A DNA stretch of 64,000 nucleotides from a virus: positions 32,001 to 96,000 of IMG/VR virus record IMGVR_UViG_3300027806_000001. One strand, given 5' to 3'. Shown here piece after piece: positions 17,128-26,189 of the stretch. The notes below the pieces were generated by a model. The model made no database searches. It worked only from the letters and a program-made list of their open reading frames with translations, and had not been told where the DNA came from. The translations under genes were made by a program, and so were the position numbers. Numbering within the stretch: position 1 is the stretch's first letter; each line of letters starts with the position of its first letter.

Positions 17128-19352
17128 CAGAACATTTGGTTGAGGTCGGTCTCGACCGCCGAGCCAGCGTCGGACTGGATCTTGCGTTCCTTGAACTTCA
17201 GGATGAGCTCCCCGAGGCTGAGGAAGACGGTGCGGACCGACTCCTCCATGCTGGGCAGGTCTTCCTGGCTGAACCTCTCGGCGAACTTGTCGCCGTGGAA
17301 CAGGATAAGGAAGTAGATCCGGCCGAGGCGGTCGAGGGAGGTCGTGAGGTCCGCCATGTACTGGTCGAGCGGGGTGTCGATGTCCGTCCGGCTGATCAGC
17401 TCGGAGATGTTGGCGACGTCGAACACGTCGCGGTCGCCCGACTGGGCGGCCTGCATGATCGAGTCGACCGACTCCTGGGGCAGGGCCGGCTGCGTCTGGG
17501 CCATGCCGCTCAGGCTGTTCATGATCATCTGGTTCTGGATGTTGCCCGGCTGGCCCGTCGAGGCGCTCATGGTCTGCGCCTGCGGGTACTGCTCCGGCAC
17601 GCCCAGGACGGGGTTCATGCCCATCGGGACCGGCGGGATGTCAGGAGTGGCGACCATGCCGGGGGCGAAGAACGGCTGGGCGCGCTTCTCGTAGCGGGCG
17701 ACCGGCGCCTCCTTGGCGGCGGCCTTGGTCAGCAGCCCGCGGGCGTCCTCGCTCGAGAGGCCGACGTCGCGCACCAGAGCCACGTAGGCCTGCTTCCTGG
17801 GCAGCTGGCTGAAGGCCACCTTGCCGTTCAGCACGGCGGTGAAGCCCAGGGGGTCCGAGGCCATCTTGACCTCGTCGTAGCTGTGAAGGATCTTGTGGTC
17901 GATGTCGCGGGCGGTGCCCAGGCGAAGCTCCGGATCGCCGTAGTCGTGCTTGTAGCTCTTGGCCTTGGCGGTCTCCGGGACGTAGAGGACCCGGTCGACG
18001 ATCTTGATCCGGCGGTGGGCCGGAGAGACGACGACCTCCTCGATGTCGAGGTCCCAGCAGCCATCGGCCTTGTAGGTCTTCGAGCCGCCGGAGCTGACGC
18101 CGGGACTAAGCTTGATGGGACCGATGGCCTGGCTGCCGTCGGCCTCGATGAAGATCGTCCGCTTGGTCTTGGAGTCGGAGGGGTAGGGGTAGCTGGCGTT
18201 GACCTGAGCCTCGCCGGCCGGCTTGAGTCCGTTCAGGAACTTCTGGAAGGCGTCCTTGTCGCCCAAGGTGCCGAGCGTGAACATCTCGGTGCTGGGCGCC
18301 TTGACCGGAGCCTTGGAACCCTCGAGCGGGAAGAAGAACTGGACGGTCGACTGCGGGGTGCTGCCGAAGTTGGGTCCGTGGCCCAGGCTGGAGTCGGTGC
18401 CGGGGGTCTTGCACAGGCGCATGCACTGGATGACGGCGCCCTTCATCAGGTCGCCGCCGCGGACGAGCACGTCGTAGACGCCTGCGCAGTCGCAGACGTT
18501 GAAGGCCATGGGGGCCTGCATCTTGTACGGGATGCGTGGGCCGTTGTCGCGGTTGTCGCGGACGACCACGCCCTCGAAGAGCAGGTCCTTCTTCTGGGAC
18601 TCGGTCAGGGTGTCGAGCACGTCCTGCTCGCAGCAGGCGTCGATGACCTCGACGTCGACCTTCTTCTCGGTGTCGAGGAGGATGTTCTCGGCCTCCTTGC
18701 AGCCGTCGAGGGCCTCGTACAGCCCCGGGCCATACATGTCGGAGGCCAGCTTGTGCAGCTCGGGATGCGCCATCAGGGTGCCGATGTAGGCCTGGGAGAA
18801 CCGGCAGTCGGCCTGCTTGATGAACGACAGGAAGGAGAGCGGCGGGAAGTCCGGCATCTCCATCATCCGGTCCATGCCCAGCTTGGTGTTCATCGTGGGG
18901 TTGTAGATCTTGTTCAGATCCGCCCCGCCCTGCATGTTGGTGAACAGCTGGCCCCGGGTCAGCTCGGACGGGACGCCGAGCTCGGCCGGGTTCGTGTTCA
19001 GCAGGCTGTCGACCCAGTTCTCCTTGTTGGGGACGAACAGGTCCTGGTCCTGGTTGTAGAGCAGCTCGGCGCCCTTGAGCTCGCCGTTCTTGTAGAACAC
19101 CGGCACGTAGAGGGACCTGCCGTTGACGTCGAAGCGGAAGAGGCCGACGGCCTGGGTGCCGTCGTCGTTCTTGTTGACGACCTCGAAGCCCAGCATGTAG
19201 TCCATCAGGTTGGGGATCTTGTCCCTGATGTACGCGAAGGCGAGCTGGAAAAAGTTCTGCTCGAACGTGGCGTCATCAGCCAACTTGATGGAGGTCTTTC
19301 GGGGCATCGTGGGTTCCTGGCGGGAAACCCCCGGGCCGGCTTTCGCCGGCAC
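17127..19352 (-). CDS. Large head/core protein, K-x-A rich
   Basis: 741 aa with KLA, KQA, KLA, KMA, KAA, KRA. Globular N-terminal domain (FFQLAFAYIRDKIP...LYVPVFYKNGELK). Confidence 0.65.
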   Translation of the reverse strand: MPAKAGPGVSRQEPTMPRKTSIKLADDATFEQNFFQLAFAYIRDKIPNLMDYMLGFEVVNKNDDGTQAVGLFRFDVNGRSLYVPVFYKNGELKGAELLYNQDQDLFVPNKENWVDSLLNTNPAELGVPSELTRGQLFTNMQGGADLNKIYNPTMNTKLGMDRMMEMPDFPPLSFLSFIKQADCRFSQAYIGTLMAHPELHKLASDMYGPGLYEALDGCKEAENILLDTEKKVDVEVIDACCEQDVLDTLTESQKKDLLFEGVVVRDNRDNGPRIPYKMQAPMAFNVCDCAGVYDVLVRGGDLMKGAVIQCMRLCKTPGTDSSLGHGPNFGSTPQSTVQFFFPLEGSKAPVKAPSTEMFTLGTLGDKDAFQKFLNGLKPAGEAQVNASYPYPSDSKTKRTIFIEADGSQAIGPIKLSPGVSSGGSKTYKADGCWDLDIEEVVVSPAHRRIKIVDRVLYVPETAKAKSYKHDYGDPELRLGTARDIDHKILHSYDEVKMASDPLGFTAVLNGKVAFSQLPRKQAYVALVRDVGLSSEDARGLLTKAAAKEAPVARYEKRAQPFFAPGMVATPDIPPVPMGMNPVLGVPEQYPQAQTMSASTGQPGNIQNQMIMNSLSGMAQTQPALPQESVDSIMQAAQSGDRDVFDVANISELISRTDIDTPLDQYMADLTTSLDRLGRIYFLILFHGDKFAERFSQEDLPSMEESVRTVFLSLGELILKFKERKIQSDAGSAVETDLNQMF

Positions 19353-19370
19353 GGGGGAGGAGAGAAGGGA

Positions 19371-20567
19371 TCAGACCGAGAAGCGGGCGACCGCGAACGT
19401 CACGCGGGCCGCGGAGAGGGGGCCGCCGCCGGCCAAGGTGGCACTCAGACGGCCGCCGGGGAGGATGTCGCACGGATGCATCACATCGATCGAGCGGATG
19501 CGGCCCGAGGTGATCGCCGCGGCGTAGATCGGAGTGCCGACGGCGCCCGAGGTCGTGCCGAGGGTGACCGTCGGCGCAGTCAGGTAGCCGCAGCCCTGGC
19601 TGGCAAGGTTGATCTTCACCGGGGTGATGCGGGTCGAGCCCGAGACGACGTCGGTCGAGAACGTGCCGGTGACCGTGGCGGTCGGCGAGGTGAGGCCGGA
19701 GGCATCGCCGAAGGCTGCGTTCGGAGCAATGACGGTCACGACCGCGCTGGAGGCCGACTGAGCGCCGCCGGTGCCAGCAAGGGCGGCCGCCTGCGTCAGG
19801 TGGATGGTGAAGGTGGTGTTGGCGCCGCTGCGGGTGATGTTGCCAAGGAAGACCACGGTCGTACCCGACGTCACGCCGGTGATCGTACCGGTCGTGTAGG
19901 TCAGGATCACCGCGTCGCCGTTAACGAACGGAAGCGGATCGGTGACGGTGACGACACCCGGGGTCGCATTGGTGACCGCGTAGGTCTTGCCGGTGATGTT
20001 GGCAGGGGCCGAAAGCGTAACCGAGCCGCTCTGGGTGGCGAAGTACGCGGCGGACGGCAGCAGGCCGCTGAGATCCGTCTGCTCGGTTCCGGTGATGATG
20101 CCGTTGGCCGCCGAAATGACGTCCGTGGCGGTGTTCAGAATCGACGAGCCGAGGGTGTTGGCCGCGGCAATGCGGTTCTGAACCTGAAGCGACGCGCGGG
20201 CATCGGCTGGAGTCGGACCGGTGACGTTGAGGTTCTCAGGCTGGTCGACGAAGACGCCGACGAGACGACCCGGGTAAAGGAAGTCGTTCGTGTTCCACGC
20301 AGTGCCCTGGACGACGCGGTTCGAGATGAATTCGATGCCGAAGTTGCCGTACTTCAGGTCGCTGTTGGCGATGTCCCGGAGAATGGCTGCGCGGGTAAGG
20401 AGACCCTGCGGGTGGACGAAGGTGTCCTGGAACGTGGTGCACTCCTTCGGGCCGAGCGTGCGGCCGTTAGGGCCGACGTAGCCGAAGAAGCGCGTCGCGC
20501 CCTCGTTCTTGTAGGAGTGGGTGGCGAGGAGCAGCGAACGGTAGTAGGGCAGTGCGTTGAGTGACAT
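19371..20567 (-). CDS. Hypothetical virion protein (T/G/A-rich beta domain)
   Basis: 398 aa with strong codon bias and an Ig-like/beta-rich C-terminal two thirds. Confidence 0.65.
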   Translation of the reverse strand: MSLNALPYYRSLLLATHSYKNEGATRFFGYVGPNGRTLGPKECTTFQDTFVHPQGLLTRAAILRDIANSDLKYGNFGIEFISNRVVQGTAWNTNDFLYPGRLVGVFVDQPENLNVTGPTPADARASLQVQNRIAAANTLGSSILNTATDVISAANGIITGTEQTDLSGLLPSAAYFATQSGSVTLSAPANITGKTYAVTNATPGVVTVTDPLPFVNGDAVILTYTTGTITGVTSGTTVVFLGNITRSGANTTFTIHLTQAAALAGTGGAQSASSAVVTVIAPNAAFGDASGLTSPTATVTGTFSTDVVSGSTRITPVKINLASQGCGYLTAPTVTLGTTSGAVGTPIYAAAITSGRIRSIDVMHPCDILPGGRLSATLAGGGPLSAARVTFAVARFSV

Positions 20568-20618
20568 GGTGTCTTTTTCCTAAAAAGGGGTGAGAGACGG
20601 GTATGAGCTCGTCCTGGA

Positions 20619-21332
20619 TCAGCCCAGGACGTTCTGTGCGGAGGTTCGGGCCGAGTCCGGCAGGTAGCCGAGGCCCTTGTCGATCATGTTCTTGCCGCCC
20701 TCGGTGCCGTAGGCTCCGCGGAGGCCTGCGCCGGCCAGGCCGCCGACGCCGCCGCCGATCAGGGCGCCCTTGAGGGCCGTCATGAGGTAGCTGGGAAGAT
20801 CCGAGTCCTCCTCATCCTGGGAGAACAGGGCGCGGGCCAGGAGGGCGATCGGAATGCCCGCGAGGGCGCCTGCGCCGGCGCCGTAGCCGATGGACTGGCC
20901 GTAGGAGCCGGTGTTTCCGGTCCAGGGCTCCCCGCCTTCGCGCAAGCCTGCTCCGGTCATTGCCGCCGAGTCGGTCATGGAGCTGGAAACCGAAGGATTG
21001 TTCCTGGTGTCGGTTTCTCGGGCTTTCAAGCGAGCACCGGCGTTGTCGGCGTTGACTCGGGCCTGTGCGGCTTCCAAGTTAGCCCGGTTGACTCTCTCCC
21101 GGGACGAGGTGTTTCGAATGTTTTCGACGTCGTCGTAGCTGCGGTCTGCAGGCGTACCAAGCATCCCCTGGAGCTGCTTTTGCAACTGTGCTGCCTCGCG
21201 CGCCTTCTGGTAGTCCTGTCGGGTACCAATAGGCGCCATACCGGGAGGGAGCGTCTGTGCGATCTTGACCAGGAGGGCCGGCTTGCGGGCCTCTGCGGCC
21301 TTGCTGAGCTGGAGGATGGTTTCACGGAGCAT
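20619..21332 (-). CDS. Glycine-zipper membrane-active protein with K-x-A leader
   Basis: N-terminus LSKAAE...LVKIAQ. Hydrophobic helices GYGAGAGALAGIPIALLA and GALIGGGVGGLAGAGL. Confidence 0.65.
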   Translation of the reverse strand: MLRETILQLSKAAEARKPALLVKIAQTLPPGMAPIGTRQDYQKAREAAQLQKQLQGMLGTPADRSYDDVENIRNTSSRERVNRANLEAAQARVNADNAGARLKARETDTRNNPSVSSSMTDSAAMTGAGLREGGEPWTGNTGSYGQSIGYGAGAGALAGIPIALLARALFSQDEEDSDLPSYLMTALKGALIGGGVGGLAGAGLRGAYGTEGGKNMIDKGLGYLPDSARTSAQNVLG

Positions 21333-21355
21333 GTTGGATTCCTAGGTTGCCCAGA

Positions 21356-21363
21356 ATTGTAGC
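21356..21363 (-). promoter_or_regulatory. Candidate late -10 element GCTACAAT
   Basis: In the 39-nt gap after the RNAP beta'-C gene, upstream of ATG 21332. Confidence 0.45.
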
Positions 21364-21371
21364 ATTTGGGT

Positions 21372-23231
21372 TCAATAGGTGCCCTTCGGTCCCTTAGAGA
21401 TCTCGCCCGAGGCGAGGGCCGGGATCCACGACGTGCCGTGCAGCTGGGACGTCGAGCCCCGCTGGACGTTCTCGAGGAAGGTCTTCTTGAGGTTGAAACC
21501 TCCGAGCTGCACCATCCAGTCGCGGTCGCCCACCAGGGACTCCATCGCCCTGGTCATGGTCGGCTTGAACGGCGGCGGGTTCGGATGGGCGATCACCTCG
21601 TTGAAGCCGCTGTCCTTGAGTTCCTTGACGACCGACGGCGTGAGCCTGGTGCCGATCGAGTAGTGCATGACAGGCTTCTCCAGGTACTGGCCCTGGAACT
21701 TGCCGGGCTCGCCCACCTGGAATCCCTTGCGTGGCTCGTACTTGGCCGCCACGTAGTCGTAGCTGACGATGTCCTCGGGGTAGGCCCCTGGGATGGCGTC
21801 GGGCTCGGTGACCTCGACCTGGTTGATCAGGCCGCGGGCCACGACCTCGACGTTCCGCCGGTGGACCGGCAGGCCGTTCTCCTGGAGGGCGGACTTGAAC
21901 TGCTGGACGAACCGGCGCCGGGCCTCGCCGATGCCCTTGAGGTCGGCGATGTCCTTGGGGTTGATGACGCCGTCGGACAGGGCGTCGCCCGCCTCCAGGG
22001 TCTGGCCGGGCTTGACCGTGACGGCCTGCTCGGCCGGCACGTAGTAGCGCTCGTTGTTGACGTAGACGTAGTTGCCGCCCTGGGGAGCCGGCTCGATCTT
22101 GCCGACCGATCCGTCCACCTTGGACACGGGGGCGCCGTCGGTGAAGGTCTTGGGAACCTCGACCAGCTGGTTCAGGTACGCGAAGCCGGTGACGGTCCGC
22201 TTGGCCTTGCCCTTGGCGACGCCGCCTCCGTGCTTCGAGTTGAGCATGCCCTGGCTTACAGGTTCGGCGATGGCCTGCGCCGCGGTGATGCCGACGTTCA
22301 TGCCGGTCTCGGCCAGCTTGCCGTGCTCCCGTATGCCAGCGGCGATCCTGGGCAGGCCTCCCATGGCGCTTACCGCGGCGATCGGGGAGTAGACGAAGGC
22401 GCGCTTGACGCCCTTGGCGTTTAGCGCCTTGAGGACCTTGGAGTCGATGTAGGTGCCGCGCTTGAACTCGCCTTCGTCCCGGGCCAGCACCGAGCCGATG
22501 CTGTCAGGGTCGTCGGTCTCGACCATCAGGCCCTGGCCGTCCGGAATGTCCTCGTCGGTGGCCACCAGGCGGTGCGCGGCGGCGGTGAGGCGCTTGGCGA
22601 AGTAGCCCGCCTCGCCGACCGCCAGCTTGACGTCGATCGAGCCGGCCCGGGCGCCGTAGGATCCAGCCCAGTACTCGACCGGGTCCACGCCCTCGGCGTA
22701 GGAGTTGAGCACGGGAATCGGCACCGGCCGGCCCTTGTTGTCCGAGTAGAGCAGGTCCGTGCCGATCATGGACGCCAGCTGGTTCTTGTTGCCGCGGGCG
22801 CCCGCGAAGACCTGCATGGCGAATGGGTTGTCGTTCTTGAGCGCCTCCTGGTAGACGCCGTCGACCAGGTCGCCCTGGTACTTCAGGGCTGCATCGACGA
22901 TGCGTTCGTTCCGGATCTTCGGGTTCTGCTCGGAGCGGACGATCGCCCGGACCTCCTTGCGGAGCTCGTCGGCCAGCTTCTGCTTGATCTTCGGCGGCTT
23001 CAGGTCCTCGAGCGTGAAGCTGGACCTGGTGGACTGCCGGGCGCTCTTGAGGCCGGTCAGGGTCAGGCGATGGATCATCTCCCGGTACTCGTCCGGGTTC
23101 ATCTTCTGCGCCATGTCCGTGAGGAACTTGCGCATGGACGACTTGTCCCAGACGCGCTCGTAGTCGCGGTGCTCCTCCGGCAGCACGGAGTTGATCACGA
23201 GCTGCCCGACGGTGGTCAGCTTCGGTTCCAT
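21372..23231 (-). CDS. rpoC: DNA-directed RNA polymerase beta' subunit, C-terminal half
   Basis: TTVGQ (cf. TTVGR); AGARGNKNQLASMIG (SGARGSAAQIRQLAG); YGARAGSIDVKLAVGEAGYFAKRL (bridge helix, [24 protein letters not shown]); AAQAIAEPVSQGMLNSKHGGG (trigger loop); HRRNVEVVAR. Confidence 0.93.
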   Translation of the reverse strand: MEPKLTTVGQLVINSVLPEEHRDYERVWDKSSMRKFLTDMAQKMNPDEYREMIHRLTLTGLKSARQSTRSSFTLEDLKPPKIKQKLADELRKEVRAIVRSEQNPKIRNERIVDAALKYQGDLVDGVYQEALKNDNPFAMQVFAGARGNKNQLASMIGTDLLYSDNKGRPVPIPVLNSYAEGVDPVEYWAGSYGARAGSIDVKLAVGEAGYFAKRLTAAAHRLVATDEDIPDGQGLMVETDDPDSIGSVLARDEGEFKRGTYIDSKVLKALNAKGVKRAFVYSPIAAVSAMGGLPRIAAGIREHGKLAETGMNVGITAAQAIAEPVSQGMLNSKHGGGVAKGKAKRTVTGFAYLNQLVEVPKTFTDGAPVSKVDGSVGKIEPAPQGGNYVYVNNERYYVPAEQAVTVKPGQTLEAGDALSDGVINPKDIADLKGIGEARRRFVQQFKSALQENGLPVHRRNVEVVARGLINQVEVTEPDAIPGAYPEDIVSYDYVAAKYEPRKGFQVGEPGKFQGQYLEKPVMHYSIGTRLTPSVVKELKDSGFNEVIAHPNPPPFKPTMTRAMESLVGDRDWMVQLGGFNLKKTFLENVQRGSTSQLHGTSWIPALASGEISKGPKGTY

Positions 23232-24172
23232 CGCTCAAGCACCTCCGCCCCGCAGGGCATCGTGGCGACGCGCCGGTAGTGGGAGTACGGGTCGACCCTC
23301 GCCGACGCAGGCTTCTCCGTGCCGTAGGGCTGGCCGTTGACCAGGAAGCTGGGCGCCGTGTTGAACTGGATGTTCCCCATCGGCCCGCTTTTAGGCCGGT
23401 CAGGGGTGAAGGAACCCAGCAGGCTGCTGAATCCTGGCACCTTGCTGATCATGGTCAGCAGCCACTGCATGAAGTTGTTGGCCGGCTGGGCAAACCCGCC
23501 GAGGCCGGACGTCCAGTCCTTGAACGTGTTCGACAGGTAGTTCTTCGCGCCAAGGTCCTTGTAGTACCTCATGGCCGGAGAGTTAGGATCGAGGACCTTT
23601 TCCTTCAGCCGGGCTGTCATGGCCTCATGGGTGGCTGCGTTCATGCCGCCCAAGCCAAATGCTTTACCTGCGCGAAGCAGCGCCTGCTCACCCCAGCCTC
23701 TGTCGCCGAGGTCGATCGTCGCCTGCACGTCCAGCTTTTCATTGGGATTCAACGCCACCTGGCGGGCCAGGCCCCCCAGGGCCCTGACGCGGGCGGCACG
23801 GTCGGGATTCAGCCGCTCGAAGAGCCTGAAGCCCGCGTCGTCGTTCTCCAGACGACCTCCCCAGTACTTGAAGTCGGCCGCGGTATCGTCGACGAACTTC
23901 TCCATGCCCTGCCGCCCATCCCAAATTGAGACGTTAAAGTCGCGGGCAGGAATATTAAGGCCATAGACTCTAGGAGCCTGCGGAGCCTGCTGGGCCTGCG
24001 GAACCTGCGGAGCCTTCGGGGCCTGCTGAACCTTCGGGGCCTGCTGGACCTGAGGAGCCGGAACCTGCGGAGCCTGCTGGGCCTGAGGAGCCGGAACCTG
24101 CGGGGCCTGCTGAGGCGAAGCCGGTACGGTCTGGGCCAGCTTGAGGAGGAACGTCCGGGTAAGGTCATCCAT
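23216..24172 (-). CDS. Hypothetical protein with QQAPQVPAP repeats and K-x-A leader
   Basis: MDDLTRTFLLKLAQT, then Gln/Ala/Pro repeats. Overlaps the start of the beta'-C gene by 16 nt. Confidence 0.6.
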   Translation of the reverse strand: MDDLTRTFLLKLAQTVPASPQQAPQVPAPQAQQAPQVPAPQVQQAPKVQQAPKAPQVPQAQQAPQAPRVYGLNIPARDFNVSIWDGRQGMEKFVDDTAADFKYWGGRLENDDAGFRLFERLNPDRAARVRALGGLARQVALNPNEKLDVQATIDLGDRGWGEQALLRAGKAFGLGGMNAATHEAMTARLKEKVLDPNSPAMRYYKDLGAKNYLSNTFKDWTSGLGGFAQPANNFMQWLLTMISKVPGFSSLLGSFTPDRPKSGPMGNIQFNTAPSFLVNGQPYGTEKPASARVDPYSHYRRVATMPCGAEVLERWNRS

Positions 24173-24404
24173 TCTTCAGGTCCACCACGTGAAGCTTTGC
24201 GTCGTCGACGGCCATGCCGGTGATGCGGCGGACCTCCGCGGCGAACTCGGGCTGGCCGACGTGGGTGAAGGAGTAGGTGCCCGCAGGGGTCAGCGTGACG
24301 GCGAACAGAACCCGGTCCTGGTCGTCGTAGACCAGCACCGAGCCGACGTCCTTCTCGTACTTCGGCGGAACGAGGATGTTGGCCTTCTGCGTCCTGACTC
24401 TCAT
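24165..24404 (-). CDS. Small hypothetical protein
   Basis: 79 aa, overlapping both neighbours, good codon bias. Confidence 0.6.
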   Translation of the reverse strand: MRVRTQKANILVPPKYEKDVGSVLVYDDQDRVLFAVTLTPAGTYSFTHVGQPEFAAEVRRITGMAVDDAKLHVVDLKNG

Positions 24405-24931
24405 CGGAGGAAGTCCATGGCGGCCCTGACCAGGCTGGCCGCGTCGTCGTCGCCTTCGAAGGAAGCCTGGGCGACCATTCCCGGCGGGGGAGCCGCCGGC
24501 AGGCCCATCATCGAGGGATCCATGGGCATTCCCTGCGGGGGAGCGCCCGGGGGCGGACCCATGGGGGGCATGCCGGCGCCCGGCGGCATCATGGTCTGCA
24601 TCATGGCCATCTGGGCGTCCATGAGCTGCTGGACCATCTGCTTGAGGGACTGGACCTCGACGAACAGGTCGGCCGGAGTGGGCTGAGGAGCCCCGCCGCC
24701 CATCATCGAGGGATCCATGGGCATTCCCTGCGGGGGAGCGCCCTGGGGAGGCATTCCGCCCATCATCGAGGGATCCATGGGCATTCCCTGCGGGGGAGCG
24801 CCCTGCGGGGGAGCGCCCTGCGGGGGAGCGCCCTGCGGGGGAGCGGCTGGGACGCCGCCCGGCGCCGCCACGACGGCCTGCTTGAAGGGACCGCCCGGGC
24901 GAAGCATGTGTTGCGTGAAGAAGTCGGGCAT
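24401..24931 (-). CDS. Pro/Gly/Met/Gln low-complexity protein
   Basis: Tandem GAPPQ and PPQGMPMDPSMMG repeats around one short coiled coil. Confidence 0.6.
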   Translation of the reverse strand: MPDFFTQHMLRPGGPFKQAVVAAPGGVPAAPPQGAPPQGAPPQGAPPQGMPMDPSMMGGMPPQGAPPQGMPMDPSMMGGGAPQPTPADLFVEVQSLKQMVQQLMDAQMAMMQTMMPPGAGMPPMGPPPGAPPQGMPMDPSMMGLPAAPPPGMVAQASFEGDDDAASLVRAAMDFLR

Positions 24932-24940
24932 GGTCGCGCC

Positions 24941-24948
24941 ATTCTACC
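24941..24948 (-). promoter_or_regulatory. Candidate late -10 element GGTAGAAT
   Basis: 9 nt upstream of ATG 24931, the same geometry as at 16247. Confidence 0.45.
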
Positions 24949-24980
24949 CTTTTCCCGCAAATGGCCCCAACACGAAGCCG

Positions 24981-25769
24981 TCAGGCGGTTCCCGAGAGCG
25001 GATTGTAGGGATTCAAGGGTCCGTCGATCGGGATGATCGACTCGCCCTCGTCCCCCGGGAGCAGTCTGGCGACCTTGAAGTCCGAGACGCAGACGCGGGT
25101 CGAGCATCGGATGGAGACCGGACCGGCCTCCATGCGGATCTCAGGGACGATGAGTCCGGAAAGGTCCCCTGGCCTGGTGGACCTGTCGAAGGCCTGGACC
25201 GAGAGCTGGGCGCCTCCGGCCAGACCCTGGCCTGCATCGAGCGCGGCGCCGGAAGTGGCAAAAGAGAGCCGGCAGGAAGGAGGCCTGTCGGAGAACAGGG
25301 ACTTGGCCGTGCCCAGCGGCGGCCGGGCGGGGGCGGTGGAGCCCGTGTCCAGCGAGGCTGCGGCAGACCCCTGAAGGAAGCAGGGCAGCTCCAACTCGGG
25401 AGCGGAGCCCGGCGGACCTACCTCCAGGCAGCCGTACGGCGTGTCGCAGTCGGCTCCGCCCCGGATGTCCAGCGCCGCGGCGGCCGGATCCGGAGAAATC
25501 GGGAACGCCATCCAGGCGCGGACCTTGGCCGTCTCGAGCTCGGCCCTGGCGGGAGCCGGGATCAGGTTGAACGTGACGAATCCCAGTTCGGCCCGGCCGG
25601 TCGCCGGCAGAGTCTGGGACCCGGTGAAGAGGACGATCTGGGCGGAGCCGTAGAACCCCATGTGGGCCGGGCCCGCCTGGAAGGACACGGTCGCCGTGCC
25701 GTTGAATCCATGCATCGGCCCGGCGGACATGGAGATCGAGGCGTTGGCGAAGAGCGGGATCGTCGGCAT
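24981..25769 (-). CDS. Hypothetical tail-associated protein
   Basis: 262-aa ORF with SD AGGA, downstream of the Cys-rich module. Confidence 0.5.
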   Translation of the reverse strand: MPTIPLFANASISMSAGPMHGFNGTATVSFQAGPAHMGFYGSAQIVLFTGSQTLPATGRAELGFVTFNLIPAPARAELETAKVRAWMAFPISPDPAAAALDIRGGADCDTPYGCLEVGPPGSAPELELPCFLQGSAAASLDTGSTAPARPPLGTAKSLFSDRPPSCRLSFATSGAALDAGQGLAGGAQLSVQAFDRSTRPGDLSGLIVPEIRMEAGPVSIRCSTRVCVSDFKVARLLPGDEGESIIPIDGPLNPYNPLSGTA

Positions 25770-25778
25770 CGGTCGTTC

Positions 25779-26189
25779 CTAGGAGTGCCATCGGCCCTGG
25801 GGACAGGTGGCGGCGGGCAGCCGGGCCTTGCGGGAGAGCTCGGCTGCCGGCGAGTCGCCGCAGCCGCACTTGGTGCAGTGCCCGACGGGATCTCCGGGCT
25901 TGCGGTACTCGCACGTCATGCAGGCCGAGATCCGGGCCTGGATCTGCTCCTCCGTGATGGAGGACACCAGGGCGCTGGCCTCGGCCTTTGCCCAGGACGC
26001 CGCGCGCGCAGGCAGGGAGGGGACGGGACGCGGCACCGGCTGGGGCCGGGGGACGCCCTGGTCGCACTCGGAGCAGTTCATGGGGTCGACGCCCAGCCGG
26101 CACAAGGGGGACGTTCCGGCAAGGGACCAGTGCACGCAGTCCGCGCAGTCGACCAGGGTTCCGTTGATGCTCAGCTGGACGATCCTCAT
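25779..26189 (-). CDS. Cys-rich small protein (DUF6171-like, R..AC..C...C..CGC...K....CP..W)
   Basis: Start re-called at MRIVQLSING (ATGA overlap). C-terminus RISACMTCEY...HCTKCGC...KARLPAATCPQGRW. Confidence 0.6.
   Translation of the reverse strand: MRIVQLSINGTLVDCADCVHWSLAGTSPLCRLGVDPMNCSECDQGVPRPQPVPRPVPSLPARAASWAKAEASALVSSITEEQIQARISACMTCEYRKPGDPVGHCTKCGCGDSPAAELSRKARLPAATCPQGRWHS

Noticed and set aside
1253-20564. Very long plus-strand ORFs (e.g. 1253-4711, 8780-11014, 11001-12524, 17136-20564)
   Set aside because: They are antisense shadows of strongly GC3-biased minus-strand genes. They have no SD, recognisable motifs or operon logic.
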